From Podarcis erhardii (lineage: Eukaryota): 64,000 nt of DNA. Shown here piece by piece: positions 13,155-24,461 of the stretch. The number at the start of each line of letters is the position of its first letter. Within the stretch, counting starts at the first letter, position 1. The DNA is taken from NCBI GenBank assembly GCA_964252035.1, contig OZ176206.1. One strand, 5' to 3'. Under the pieces are notes generated by a model. The model had not been told where the DNA came from. It made no database searches and saw only the letters and a program-made list of their open reading frames with translations. The position numbers and the translations under genes are program-made.

Positions 13155-13627
13155 CATGGGTCGGCAAACTAAGGTCCGCGGGCCAGATCAGGCCCAATTG
13201 CATTCTGGATCTGGCCCACGGACGGTCTAGGAATCACTGTGTGGATCGCCAGCATGCCAGTTCTTTCCCTCTCCCTCCCTCTTCCTCACATGGCGGCGGT
13301 GCCTCCTCCCTCCCTCCTCCTGGCTTCTCCCCGCCCTGCCTAGAGGAGGAAAGGGTCTGGGCTTTGTTGGTGCCAGCAGCAGCAGCACTCGAGCGGCCGC
13401 CATTTTAAGCAGCCCCTCTCCAGAGCCCTTTTGCGCACCGCTCATCATCCCTCCGCCGCCACCGCCAGCCCTTGTCACTCGCAAGACACAGGTAAGCAGC
13501 CACTGGGGCTTGTCTGGTGCTGTGGAGAAGGGAGGGGAGAGTCGGGGGGATAGCTTATAGTCTGGCCCCCCACAAGGTCTGAGGGACAGTGGACCTGCCC
13601 CCTGCTGAAAAAGTTTGCTGACCCCTG
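13155..13627. mobile_element. hAT (Charlie-like) MITE
   Basis: CATGGGTCGGCAAACT...AGTTTGCTGACCCCTG. 8-bp TSD CATTACAT/CATTATAT. Confidence 0.85.
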
Positions 13628-13967
13628 CATTATATCATTCTGTGACATCAATAATCTTTGCATGGAATAATTCCCTTGCATGGAAGAAATTACCACCAAT
13701 TGCTAGAAAGCTTTCCTCCATGTAAGCATACATTTGTATTAGGCTGCAAGTTTAGGATTGACAAACAGTATAGTATTGATGTGAGCGTGTCTGCATGCGC
13801 GAAAGAGTGCTAATATTCCCCAGCGCCATCATTTTAATTATGCTATCTCCCAGGATAAATATATATATATACACACACACATATTCTTATTAAGGAAAGT
13901 GGGGGAAAGCAAAAATGAGTGCAAATGAGTATAAATTTGCATTTATAATCTCTTCAGGTCCCATGTA

Positions 13968-14055
13968 TTGCAATCCTATGCATGTCTACTCTGAAGTAAG
14001 CCCTGCTTAGTTCAATGGGACTTACTCCCACATAGGTACGTGCAGGACTGAAGCC
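13968..14055. repeat. Short palindromic interspersed repeat (also at about 52140-52380, 53275-53370, 59760-59960)
   Basis: caatcctatgcatgtctact...gtaagccc...gttcaatgggacttactc...aggactg recurs at several places in the window. Confidence 0.6.
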
Positions 14056-15001
14056 TAGCAAATAACAAAATCAACTTAGACTTTAGTACAGGCTTTTAAA
14101 GAAAGAGCTGGGAGGGGGGTGGAATGGGAGTCTGCATTGCTTGTGCATGTGCCAATATACTCTTAAGCAATAAAAATTTAAAACGCAAAACTTAACTACA
14201 TTAAAGGAAAGCCAGGGATGGGGAACAAGGTGGGGGTGGAGGGAACGGGATAGGGGAAGCATAAGTAAAGTGGCATCTGGAATGCAGCCTAATCCAGAAT
14301 AGCCTCAGTGGAGGTCTGCAGGGCTGCTCTGAGGCGAGTCATTTGGGAAATGCGGTTGTAACATGGGAGAGCTCCTCAACATCACTCCCACATCTTGAAA
14401 TGGCACACAGGAACAATAAAAACACAGAGAGGATTCTGTACAATATGGGTACTGTGGAGCTGTTCCAAGAACCTTTGACATTTGGAAACAAAGTAAATTT
14501 TGTCTCCGTGTAACGTTTTCTATTTCACCTTTCCTCCCAGGAAGGTGGCTATCCATGTTCCATTTTACCCTCACAACCACCCTGTGAGGTAGGTTAGGCT
14601 GAGAGAAGCTCTGTGACACGTTCAAGTGAATCGGGGTAGGGGGAGAGTTTTCCTGTTATTTGAGAAGACAACCTAAACCCCTGATCCAGAGGCCCATTCT
14701 GTACCCCAGTGTTACCTACCATTCAATTCACCTCTTACTTCCATTCAGAAGTGGCTGAATGAGTTAGGGCGGAGGCACTAGGCTAACTTTCTGGGAGGTG
14801 GGCCATTGTTTCTTACCAGGCAGGCGAGGGGTGAGGTGGCAGGGAGGTCAGTGCAAATGCAACAGCCGGAGTGTTGGAGTGGCTCTACCAATGTGGGTGT
14901 ACCACAGCTGACCTCCCCACCACCTTGCCCCTCCCTCCCAATAAGCAACAGCGCCCATGCCAAAAAAAAAAAATAGTGTACCAGCTCCACCACACTCAGC
15001 A

Positions 15002-15035
15002 TGCTGCTGCTGCTGCTGCTGCTGCTACTACTACT
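15002..15035. repeat. (TGC)n(TAC)n microsatellite
   Basis: Read directly from the sequence. Confidence 0.9.
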
Positions 15036-15289
15036 TCCATTTATTTCAGCACTGTGATGCAAGAAGGCATAGATTTCTGTTCCACCCTGCTCTGTCACAT
15101 GCAGCACTGCTTCCATTCTACTGCAGTTCAGCTTTAGACAAAAGCTACATTGTTTGTCTCACTGTCTGCAATGGTGAAATTTTACACAATTATTTTGCAA
15201 CAGCCAGTAAATCCTCCTTCATTCAGCCTTTCCATCCACTATTAGTTTCATTCAAGCTGGATCAGAGTATTCATTTGAACTGGAACAGA

Positions 15290-15372
15290 GTACACTGAAT
15301 GACAAAAGTGCTGGGGGTTGGACTACATGACCCTTGGGCTCCCTCCAACTCTACAGTTCTATTATTCTATGA
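15290..15372 (+). mobile_element. CR1 LINE 3' terminus
   Basis: ggggttggactacatgacccttgggctccctccaactctacagttctattattctatga. Confidence 0.65.
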
Positions 15373-16043
15373 ACACCAGCAAATAACAACTGCATCGTGG
15401 GACTGATTTCTGTACCAAACAAGAGAAAAATCGGCCATTTCTGTTCCTGTTATCACTGGAATCCTCCAACATCCTTACTTTGACACAGAAAATGACAAAC
15501 ACACACACAGAGCTGTCCCGTTCACATCAAGCAGGCCCAGAAGTGGCCTGATCTGCCCCTCTCCAAACATCCCCCGCTCCACCAATTTTTACGGCAGTGG
15601 TGAAAGAGGGGGCGGGAATAAAGTAAACACGACACTGGGACCAGAAGGAACCCAGCACATTGCTGGGGACAGAAATTGCCCTCTCCTCTGCTATCAGATG
15701 GATCAGAAGCACAGAAGAGGCATTAAAACCCCACCCACCTCAGCTGTGTGAGAAAGCTGTGTGGCTCTGTGTCTTTGTGTGAGAGTGAAGCTGGAGTGCT
15801 GTTACCCCCTGCTGTCATGTGGCACTCAGAGAACTGGCCAAGGGCAAATGAAGCTTTTGGGTCAACAACAACAAAAAGTTAGCTGCTCCTGGTGCAAGGG
15901 AAAGACCTTAGAGGCAGGAGAGCACCACATGCTGTGTTAGAAACTCAGATATATAAGCTATTCACCAAATAGCCCTTTAAACTTATGTTGCATTTGCCTA
16001 GACGCCTCCCCACCCCAAGCCTCCCCACAGTGGTACCTCCCCA

Positions 16044-16285
16044 CAGTGGTACCTTGGGTTAAGAACTTAATTTGTTCTGGAGGTCCATACTTAACCTGAA
16101 ACTGTCCTTAACCTGAAGCACCACTTTAGCTAATGGGGCCTCCCGCTGCTGCCGTGCCGCTGGAGCCCGATTTCTGTTCTCATCCTGAAGCAAAATTCTT
16201 AACCTGAAGCACTATTTCTGAGTTAGCGGAGTCTGTAACCTGAAGTTTATGTAACTTGAAGCGTATGTAACCCAAGGTACCACTG
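16044..16285. mobile_element. pogo/Tc1-mariner-type MITE (same family as 3655)
   Basis: CAGTGGTACCTTGGGTT...AACCCAAGGTACCACTG-TA, with internal sequence nearly identical to 3655-3879. Confidence 0.85.
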
Positions 16286-19214
16286 TATTCAAATGTATCA
16301 GCACTGACTCACACTGCAGCAGATGTCAGTCGCCAAGTCTGATAACAGGACATCTCAACTTGGTCGCAAGTCGCAAAATGCGCCTGAGTTGCCAGAACTT
16401 CAACACTTGTGAGGAATCAAGGCAGACATGTGTAATCATGAACTTCTGGTATATGAACAGTCCCACTAGATCATATAAAAAACCACCATGTGCAAGCACA
16501 GTCTTGTATATATATATATATACCGCCCATAAAATATCACTGAGGAGGTCACTCAAAATTCCAGAAAGTTTGCTTTATTGCATTTTGGGGAAATGGCATT
16601 TGCTTTTTCATTAACATTATAAATTAAAATGAAAAAGAAATGAAGTGTTTAGGATTGTGAGATATATTACAACATGTGTATTTCTACAACAAGTTTATAA
16701 GGCAGGGAGGGGAAAATGAGACCCTACATAAAGTGGAAACTAAATTCTTTTTTATGACTCCTTAACGACACGTGCCTCATGCTAACTTTACCATAAATAG
16801 ATTTCAATAACTTGTTATACATTCAAGTTTGTTTTAAATAGGGATAATTTCATTCCAGAAACTGGCATGCATGCAAAAACCTGGCAGGGGGTGGTGAGGT
16901 TTGAGATACATTTTTATAGCCCATTTTTGTTTTTTGTTTTAATAAATAAATAAATAAAGTCACAATAGACTTCTAACCCCGGCACTGAAATTAAAAAAAC
17001 AAAACAAAACCAAAGTGCCCCAAATGTTTTATAATTCAAAATGGATTTCCCCAGTGTAGCAGTCATAATATTTTTACAGTTAAAAGATCCACTGCCTTAA
17101 TAAAGTGTGATTTGTGTATTTAGAAAAATTCATTAGAGCAGACATTACTGGATTTATTTTATTTATTTATTTTGCAGTCTAATTTGGGTACACTACTTCA
17201 AAAGAACGCTTAGAGCTTCCCAGCTCCTTAGTCACACACTAATAACATCTAATAATTAATAAAGACATGTAAATTCTTAACTCCCAGAACTGTTTCAAAC
17301 TTACTATCTTTACGCTTCATGTCGTGTCTCAGCTACTGATATCTGCATTACTTTGTTTTGCAAAACGCTGAAGGGACACGTCCTTATCGGTTTTTTGCCT
17401 TACTGGTGAATATTCAGACCATTATTAGTAGTAGCATTAAAGCCTTTTGCAATTAACCAAAGCACAACTAAATCATGGCCCCTTTGCAAAACAGCATTCC
17501 CCACCCCCACCCCTCCAAGCTCAGAGGGCTACCAAAATAGAAAAAAGCTTTCCTTATAAAATCACACAAAAGTGCCTATGTGCATTCCTAATTTTGTGTA
17601 GATGTGCTATACAAAATGCAGAGTTAAAACCCTACCTATTTGGTGCTATGAAGTAAATAATCTGGTAGAGAAAAGGTTTCTCAGAGATGAGTGTAATTAA
17701 TGTCCTTATTATATTTTTTTTTTTCAGAAAAGAGGAACACACACACAAATGACAGGTACACCCTACCCTACATCAGATCTCGGTCCATTTCTTTAACTGC
17801 ATCCCTATGTAAATTTCTCCCAATAAGTAGAAAACTAACACCACAAGGATGGGTGAGAATATTTGTTCCTCATTCACTAGTTTTCCTTATGACGGGGGAG
17901 CTTTGCTATGGTTCCACTACCTGGTTTTAGAATAGCCTCATCCGCGGTCTGAAATCGTATGGTCCCTTCTAACAGCTCAATCTGCCGTATAAAGAATCCG
18001 ATACAACTCTGGTAAATGAGGCCAAAACAAGAGCCTCATAGAGAAATCTTGCACAAAGCTGTATCCATGCATGCGCACACACACACACGCACACACACAC
18101 GCACACACGCACACCCCACATACCTGGGAACTATTGTATTGATGGACATTATGCTAGTACTCTTCATAATTTGAGTTAGTTTGCATTGCAATTTAGAGGG
18201 ATTGGAAACTCTCAAGGGACTGAAGAAAATGTTACAATTAATGAAAAACCAGAAAGGATTGCTACTATCAGTGATTAATCAGAGGCCTTTTATTATTCAT
18301 AGCGCACAGCACAATTTTAAAAAATCTATTTTTCTATATGCCTAAATGAATATTTCGTTTAAATTGGTCTCAGAGAATTTATAGCAAAGCCTCCTGCACT
18401 CTATATTTTCTTAAACCTTGGAGTCCAATTTGAGTAAGATGTCAGATTATTTCTAACACCACGGCAGGAGCTTTTCCTACAAAAATATTTTTTTTTAAAG
18501 GAGTATGATCCACAGGTTTATAATGTTAACAAACTCTTTTTAAAAAGAAATTTATCAGTCTGGAAAAAGCTAACATATAATAATTTTAAAAAGAGGGAAA
18601 TACGTACAGAGCATCTATACTAGACTATTTAAAAAATATAAGAAAATCTTGGAGGGGGGGTCAGAAAACTCTGGACTAATTCAGATGCAACAGGAAACCA
18701 TGCTTTACCACTACAACATAGTGACAACATGAACAGGCACAAGCTCCTGTACTTTCTTGCAGGATGAATTTGAAGCCTTTGCTTCCCATTTTAAACAAAC
18801 CGCAGTTCCAAGACATTCCGACACAAGAAATATAGTTTGCTTAAACCAGGATCAAACCAAGGATTCAGATTCCAACTTCTTCTGAAACCATAATTTAAGG
18901 CAACCACAGCTCTCAAAGCTTAGATGTCCAAAGGAATTGTGAGGTGGATAAGGTTAAAAGATACAATATTGCTGTGTTTGTTTTTTAAATAACCATTTCA
19001 ATTTTTAAAACCCCATGTGCAAAGGACTGAATGAACCAGTAACACTGTTAAGAAGAACACAAACAGCCACAGGCAGGCTGTAACTTGTAGCAGTCAGTTC
19101 CACAAGCCTGGTGCTAAGAAGCAGAGGAGAACAGCTGTTGTCTCTTCATCAAAACTTGGAGCAGGGAAAATACCACCACCAGAGGCAAGCATAAGGAGAA
19201 AGGGTTCCCTATTT

Positions 19215-19216
<2 letters not shown>

Positions 19217-19255
<39 letters not shown>
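19217..19255. repeat. (CA)n microsatellite
   Basis: Read directly from the sequence. Confidence 0.95.
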
Positions 19256-19257
<2 letters not shown>

Positions 19258-20597
19258 TATAATGTGTTCTGAGAGAAAAGAAAGCCCCTCAGTTCTACTC
19301 AGTGTGTAGAACAAGCCAGATCTGCCTTTTTTAGACGGGATGGATCACACCTATGTTAGTTTCCACCTTTGGCTTATTTTAGAAGAATAAATAAGGGGTT
19401 AGATTTCCTAGGCCAGGGGTGAGAGTATGCATGGCCAGTGACCAAGAATGGTGGAATATCTGGAGTCCAGCAACATTTGACGGGCCATAGTTTCCCCCAT
19501 CTTATTCTAGGCCTTTTCCCCTTTCCTTCAAACCTTATGCGCTCTAGCAGCAGGAAAGGGAGGGGAGCACACCGAGATTTAATGCGCAGCACAAAACAGG
19601 AACACAAGCACTGTCAAAAAATCCAAATGATGTTTCACATACATCTTATTTAATACCTTCAGTTTGAAAGACTGGCAAATTAACTCAGTAGAGAAGCCAA
19701 CCTCTCTTATCCATCTTCATTAAGTATGACTAGAAAATAATAAGAGACAGGAGTAAATCACCCCCCACTGTTATGGGCAAGGTTAAATTAATTTCACATA
19801 ATTCTTTTTCCTTTATTACAAAAGACTTATCCAGGAGTGCTGTACAGGTAGGAAGATACAGTACCCACATTTCCAGTGTTCTTACATAAAGGCGACAAGG
19901 CAAGCCAGGTGAGAAGAATATAATACCTTTAATTTAAAAACAATAAAATGTTGCTCTCAGCTGTCACGAGAGGTACCACTGAGCGTCCTTCAAATTCTAG
20001 GAATCTGTAGGGCAAAATACAAAGAGTCACTGGGAACTTTCCACTTGGGCTCTGTAGCTTCAACCTCCCCCTTTCCCTGAGCTTATTTAACCTAGGGTCC
20101 CCAGATGCAGGTAGACTACAAATCCCATCATCCTTGACCACTGGGCTAAACTGGCTGTGGATGATGGGACTTGTAGTCTACCCACATCTGGGGGAAGCGA
20201 GGTTAAAGAACACTGATCTAAAGGACCCCCATGAGCAACATTTCATGCAGCATGAGGAGCTGAAGGGAAAATGGATATGTCCAAAAGTGTTCAAGTACAT
20301 GCATCTCAAATCCCGTTGCTGGGAATCACAGGTGGAGAGAGTTGCTGGTGTGTTCAGATCCTGCTTTCATGATTCCCACAGGCATCCAGTTGGCCACTGT
20401 GGGAAAAGAATGCTGGTCTAGATGGGCTTTTGACCAGCAGAGCTATTCTTATGTCATCCTCCGCCATCACTATCCTGACTGCACCCAATGCTTATGTGGA
20501 GGTCAGAGCACCTTTTTTGTGTGCTCTCTAAATATGGGACTATCCTATGGGAAGCTCACTCGGCCACACTTTTTCTACCTTCCTACCACCAGGTGCT

Positions 20598-20989
20598 GGG
20601 ACACGGGTGGCGCTGTGGGTTAAACCACAGAGCCTAGGACTTGCCGATCAGAAGGTCGGCGGTTCGAATCCCCGCAACGAGGTGAGCTCCCATTGCTCGG
20701 TCCCTGCTCCTGCCAACCTAGCAGTTCAAAAGCACATCAAAGTGCAAGTAGATAAATAGCTACCGCTCTGGCAGGAAGGTAAACGGCATTTCCGTGCGCT
20801 GCTCTGGTTCGCCAAAAGCGGCTCTGTCATGCTGACCACATGACCTGGAAGCTGTACGCCGGCTCCCTCGGCCAATAAAGCGAGATGAGCGCCACAACCC
20901 CAGAGTCGGTCACGACTGGACCTAATGGTCAGGGGTACCTTTACCTTTACCTTTACCTTTACCTTTACCTTTACCTTTACCTTTACCTT
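20598..20989 (+). mobile_element. Sauria SINE, full length, (ACCTTT)9 tail
   Basis: Same head and body as the 7535 copy. TSD TACCACCAGGTG (20584-20595, 20990-21001). Confidence 0.9.
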
Positions 20990-21217
20990 TACCACCAGGT
21001 GAAGACAGAATCTGGTGGCAGAATTTTTTTTATTAGCCTCAACACTTCTAAGCAGGCTGACAATAAAAACTTATCTGCCACCCTTATCTACTTTTGTTGT
21101 TTTCAGTTGCTTTCGTAGAATTGCAGAGTTGGAAGGAACCCCAAGGGTCATCTATGCCAGCCCTCTCCAATGCAGGATTTAAAATTGTTCAAATGCTGAA
21201 GGATGTCTTATTTTGTT

Positions 21218-21218
<1 letters not shown>

Positions 21219-21263
<45 letters not shown>
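21219..21263. repeat. (TAT)n microsatellite
   Basis: Read directly from the sequence. Confidence 0.95.
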
Positions 21264-21265
<2 letters not shown>

Positions 21266-21357
21266 TATTTGCTCTTTAAATGCTCTTTGAATTTAAATGT
21301 TGTTTGCCTCCTTGAGTTGCACTCTGTTAAGTGGAAAGATGGAGCATGGATTATTCT

Positions 21358-21359
21358 AA

Positions 21360-21418
<59 letters not shown>

Positions 21419-21920
21419 TATCTTTATTGTCATTGCCCCCTCTCGGGGACAATGAAATTACTTGGCTGCTCCATCCACCCAGGTAGGGCACTCCACTCAA
21501 AATCAGAACAACTATAAAAACACTAATTAAAACAATATAGTATAATACAGCAAGGAAGATTAGATGACTTTCAAAGTCCAGGTTTCCCATTCAGGGCCGA
21601 GATCGCTCTGGAGAAGAAGCTGTTCTTGAGACGGCTCGTTCTTGTCTTCATCGTCCTGTATCTCCGTCCCGACGGCAGGAGCTCGAAGAGACAGTGACCA
21701 GGATGCGATGGATCTTTTACTATGTCCAGTGCCTTCCTATGGCACCTTGTGGCATAAATCTGCTCTAAGGTGGAGAGTGGGCAGCCAACAATGCTCTCTG
21801 CTGCCTTAACAACTCTGCACAACCCCATCCTGTCCTGGGTAGTACAGCTTCCGTACCACACACATAAGCCATAAGTGAGCACGCTCTCAATGGCACAGTG
21901 ATAGAACACAACCATTGTAA
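21358..21920 (-). mobile_element. 5'-truncated Rex1/Babar-type LINE (ORF2 C-terminus, 3' UTR, tail)
   Basis: FYHCAIESVLTYGLCVWYGSC...HPGHCLFELLPSGRRYRTMKTRTSRLKNSFFSRAISALN matches the recalled Rex1 ORF2 end. It has a 3' stem-loop CATTGTCCCC-GAGA-GGGGGCAATG (21431-21454) and an (ATT)/(ATTT)n tail. Confidence 0.85.
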
Positions 21921-24053
21921 AGAAAAACTGAGGCCGAGAGAGAACGTGTCTTAAACGAGGCCTCCAAGTGAATCCACCACCAGAGGAGTGGGGATTCAAA
22001 CACCAAACACGTCATCCAGATTCAAGCTCAATTTGCTGTTTATACTTCATCTCAACTACGAAACTTGTGTATTTCTTAAAAGCAGGGGGGAGGGGAATCA
22101 TTACAAATCATCAGCACATGGTTGTTGTTTTTAAAGGAGTAAGTAATCATTAATGAAGAATGTTGGTCTGTGAGCCTGAAATTACTGAAATGAATTCAAA
22201 TCACCACTATTGGCATATTCTCCAGATAATTCAAATTCAATTAAACTGACTGCTTGCTTTTGGTCATAGCTCCTAGGTTTGCAAAAATCACTTGCGCGTA
22301 ATTTTCACGAGGCAAACTACATTTTCATGTGGACTGGATCCCATTCCCTTGGCTGGGAATCTCAAACAAAAAGCGAGTGTTGCCATGGCACACAGGATGT
22401 CGTTCAGGATGCAGGCTGTTTCCTTTGGCTTTTCACATCTGCCATTATATTTTGGAAAAGGGTAGTGGAGAGAGGCACAACCTGATGAGACACAACTCAC
22501 ATGGTGTAACGTTACTGAGTCTGTGGTTGCCCAGACTCCGAAACCTGAACTGTAGATGGGTTATGGAAGGGGACCAATATCTGGCCTTTGCTAAAGAAGA
22601 GGATGGAAACTCCACCTCTTCTTTGGTGCCTTAAACAACCAAGTGGCAAAGATTTTCAGTGAGATGGCCACACTCCCTTCCGGACAACCTTCTGACAAAC
22701 GTAATTTTTGCATTTGTACAGGAGGCTAGTTCCTACATACACTCAGCACATCCTTCCTTCTGTCTTCCCTTCAGACAAGCATAAGACATTATCAGGTACA
22801 GATTCCAACCTGGCAAAACCACTTAAAGAGAATGAAAAGCAGGGCCAAGAAGTGGGAGTGGTATCCTGGGGAGAGGAGGTGTGGCCAGGGAGAGGGCCGA
22901 GGACCAGACAAGAGAGGCTGCGGGCAGGGCCTGCCCAATGATCTCCAGCCTAGTACATTCTGTTGGGTTCACCACAGAGTAGAATCCTTGACTGTAGGCG
23001 CATACAAAGCAGAAAAGAGGGAGGAAGAAAGAGGGAAGAAGGATGTCAAGAGGCTTCTTTCTCAGACCACAATCTGGGAAACAACTTAAAACAGGACTAA
23101 TAAGTTAGCACATGCTCAGTGGCACCTTTCTTTTTTCTTGCAGCAACCAACTCTCCCATCAGTTTCACAAATGGCGTTAGAAATCCCCAGACTTCAAAAG
23201 CGGTGAAGCTTTTGAAGAATGGAAAAACACAGGAACTGCCACTGACAAATGTACCCCACCAATAGGAACCGCCAGTCCAAAGGACTATTCTAGCCCACAA
23301 AGCCCTCCCATCCTGCCTGTGCACAGTGTTGATGGGGGGCACTTTGTGGGCTATGGCTTTGCCTGCCCAGTTCGATTTCCAACCATGTGGGCAAAAATGG
23401 GTCAACGTGATGGCATTTGATGGCCCCGCTTACCTGTCTAACCTAGTCCATGGGGCCAGTTTCAGCCTGCCAGCCAGACCCAGTTTCCAACCCCTGATAT
23501 ACAAGAACAAAAGCTTGGCTGAGTATGTAGAACTAGGTGAAGAGTTTTCTTGATTGCAGCCAGACAGTCAGTGCAAGTGACTTGTGCAGTCCCTGGTGTT
23601 GTAGGAATTCCATGCAACTGTGTCAAAGCAGACAACCCCTAATTCCACTCACCTTTTCCTTCTTGGCTACATTTTCCAAATTCAGTGTGAATGCTCACAG
23701 GCAGTACTTGGATAGAAGCCCCAAAGGCTGACGTTGCAGAGCACTAGGATTGGGTCCTATACTACACAGTTACAATTCCTACTCAAGGAAATGTCTTTTC
23801 TTCCTCTGGGTTTTACTGCAGAAACTGTGCTGGCCCCTTAACAAGACAATGCATTTAAAGGGGGGGGGCTTTGATAAAGCATCTGCTCCATTTCCTGACT
23901 GACTTCCTGTATGCTTCCGTGGACATTTTCCTCTTGCGCCAGACTGTGCTGTAGCTTAAAACAATAGTAGCCAGCTAAGCCATCCTGACTGCACTGGTTA
24001 GTTAACAAAAATGCACAAAAACTATCGGTTTCCACTTGGGTTATGACTCTGGA

Positions 24054-24461
24054 GGTAAAGGTAAAGGTAAAGGTAAAGGTAAAGGTAAAGGTAAAGGTAA
24101 AGGTAAAGGTAAAGGTAAAGGAACCCCTGACCATTAGGTCCAGTCGTGACCGACTCTGGGGTTGCGGTGCTCATCTCGCTTTATTGGCCGAGGGAGCCAG
24201 CGTATAGCTTCTGGGTCATGTGGCCAGCATAACTAAGCCGCTTCTGGCAAACCAGAGCAGCGCACAGAAACGCCGTTTATCTTCCCACTGGAGCGGTACC
24301 TATTTATCTACTTGCACTTTGACGTGCTTTCGAACTGCTAGGTTGGCAGGAGCAGGGACCGAGCAACGGGAGCTCACCCCGTCGCGGGGATTTGAACCGC
24401 TGACCTTCTGATCGGCAAGTCCTAGGCTCTGTGGTTTAACCCACAGCGCCACCCATGTCCC
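24054..24461 (-). mobile_element. Sauria SINE, full length, about 11 tail units
   Basis: Reverse complement of the same family. TSD TATGACTCTGGA (24042-24053, 24462-24473). Confidence 0.9.

Noticed and set aside
20937-20990. Regular short repeats as a CRISPR-like array
   Set aside because: These are spacer-free hexamer tandem repeats in a eukaryotic SINE tail. No repeat-spacer array exists in the window.
20726-24134. ORFs with poly-VK, poly-YL and poly-FT runs
   Set aside because: These are translations of the (ACCTTT)n Sauria SINE tails.
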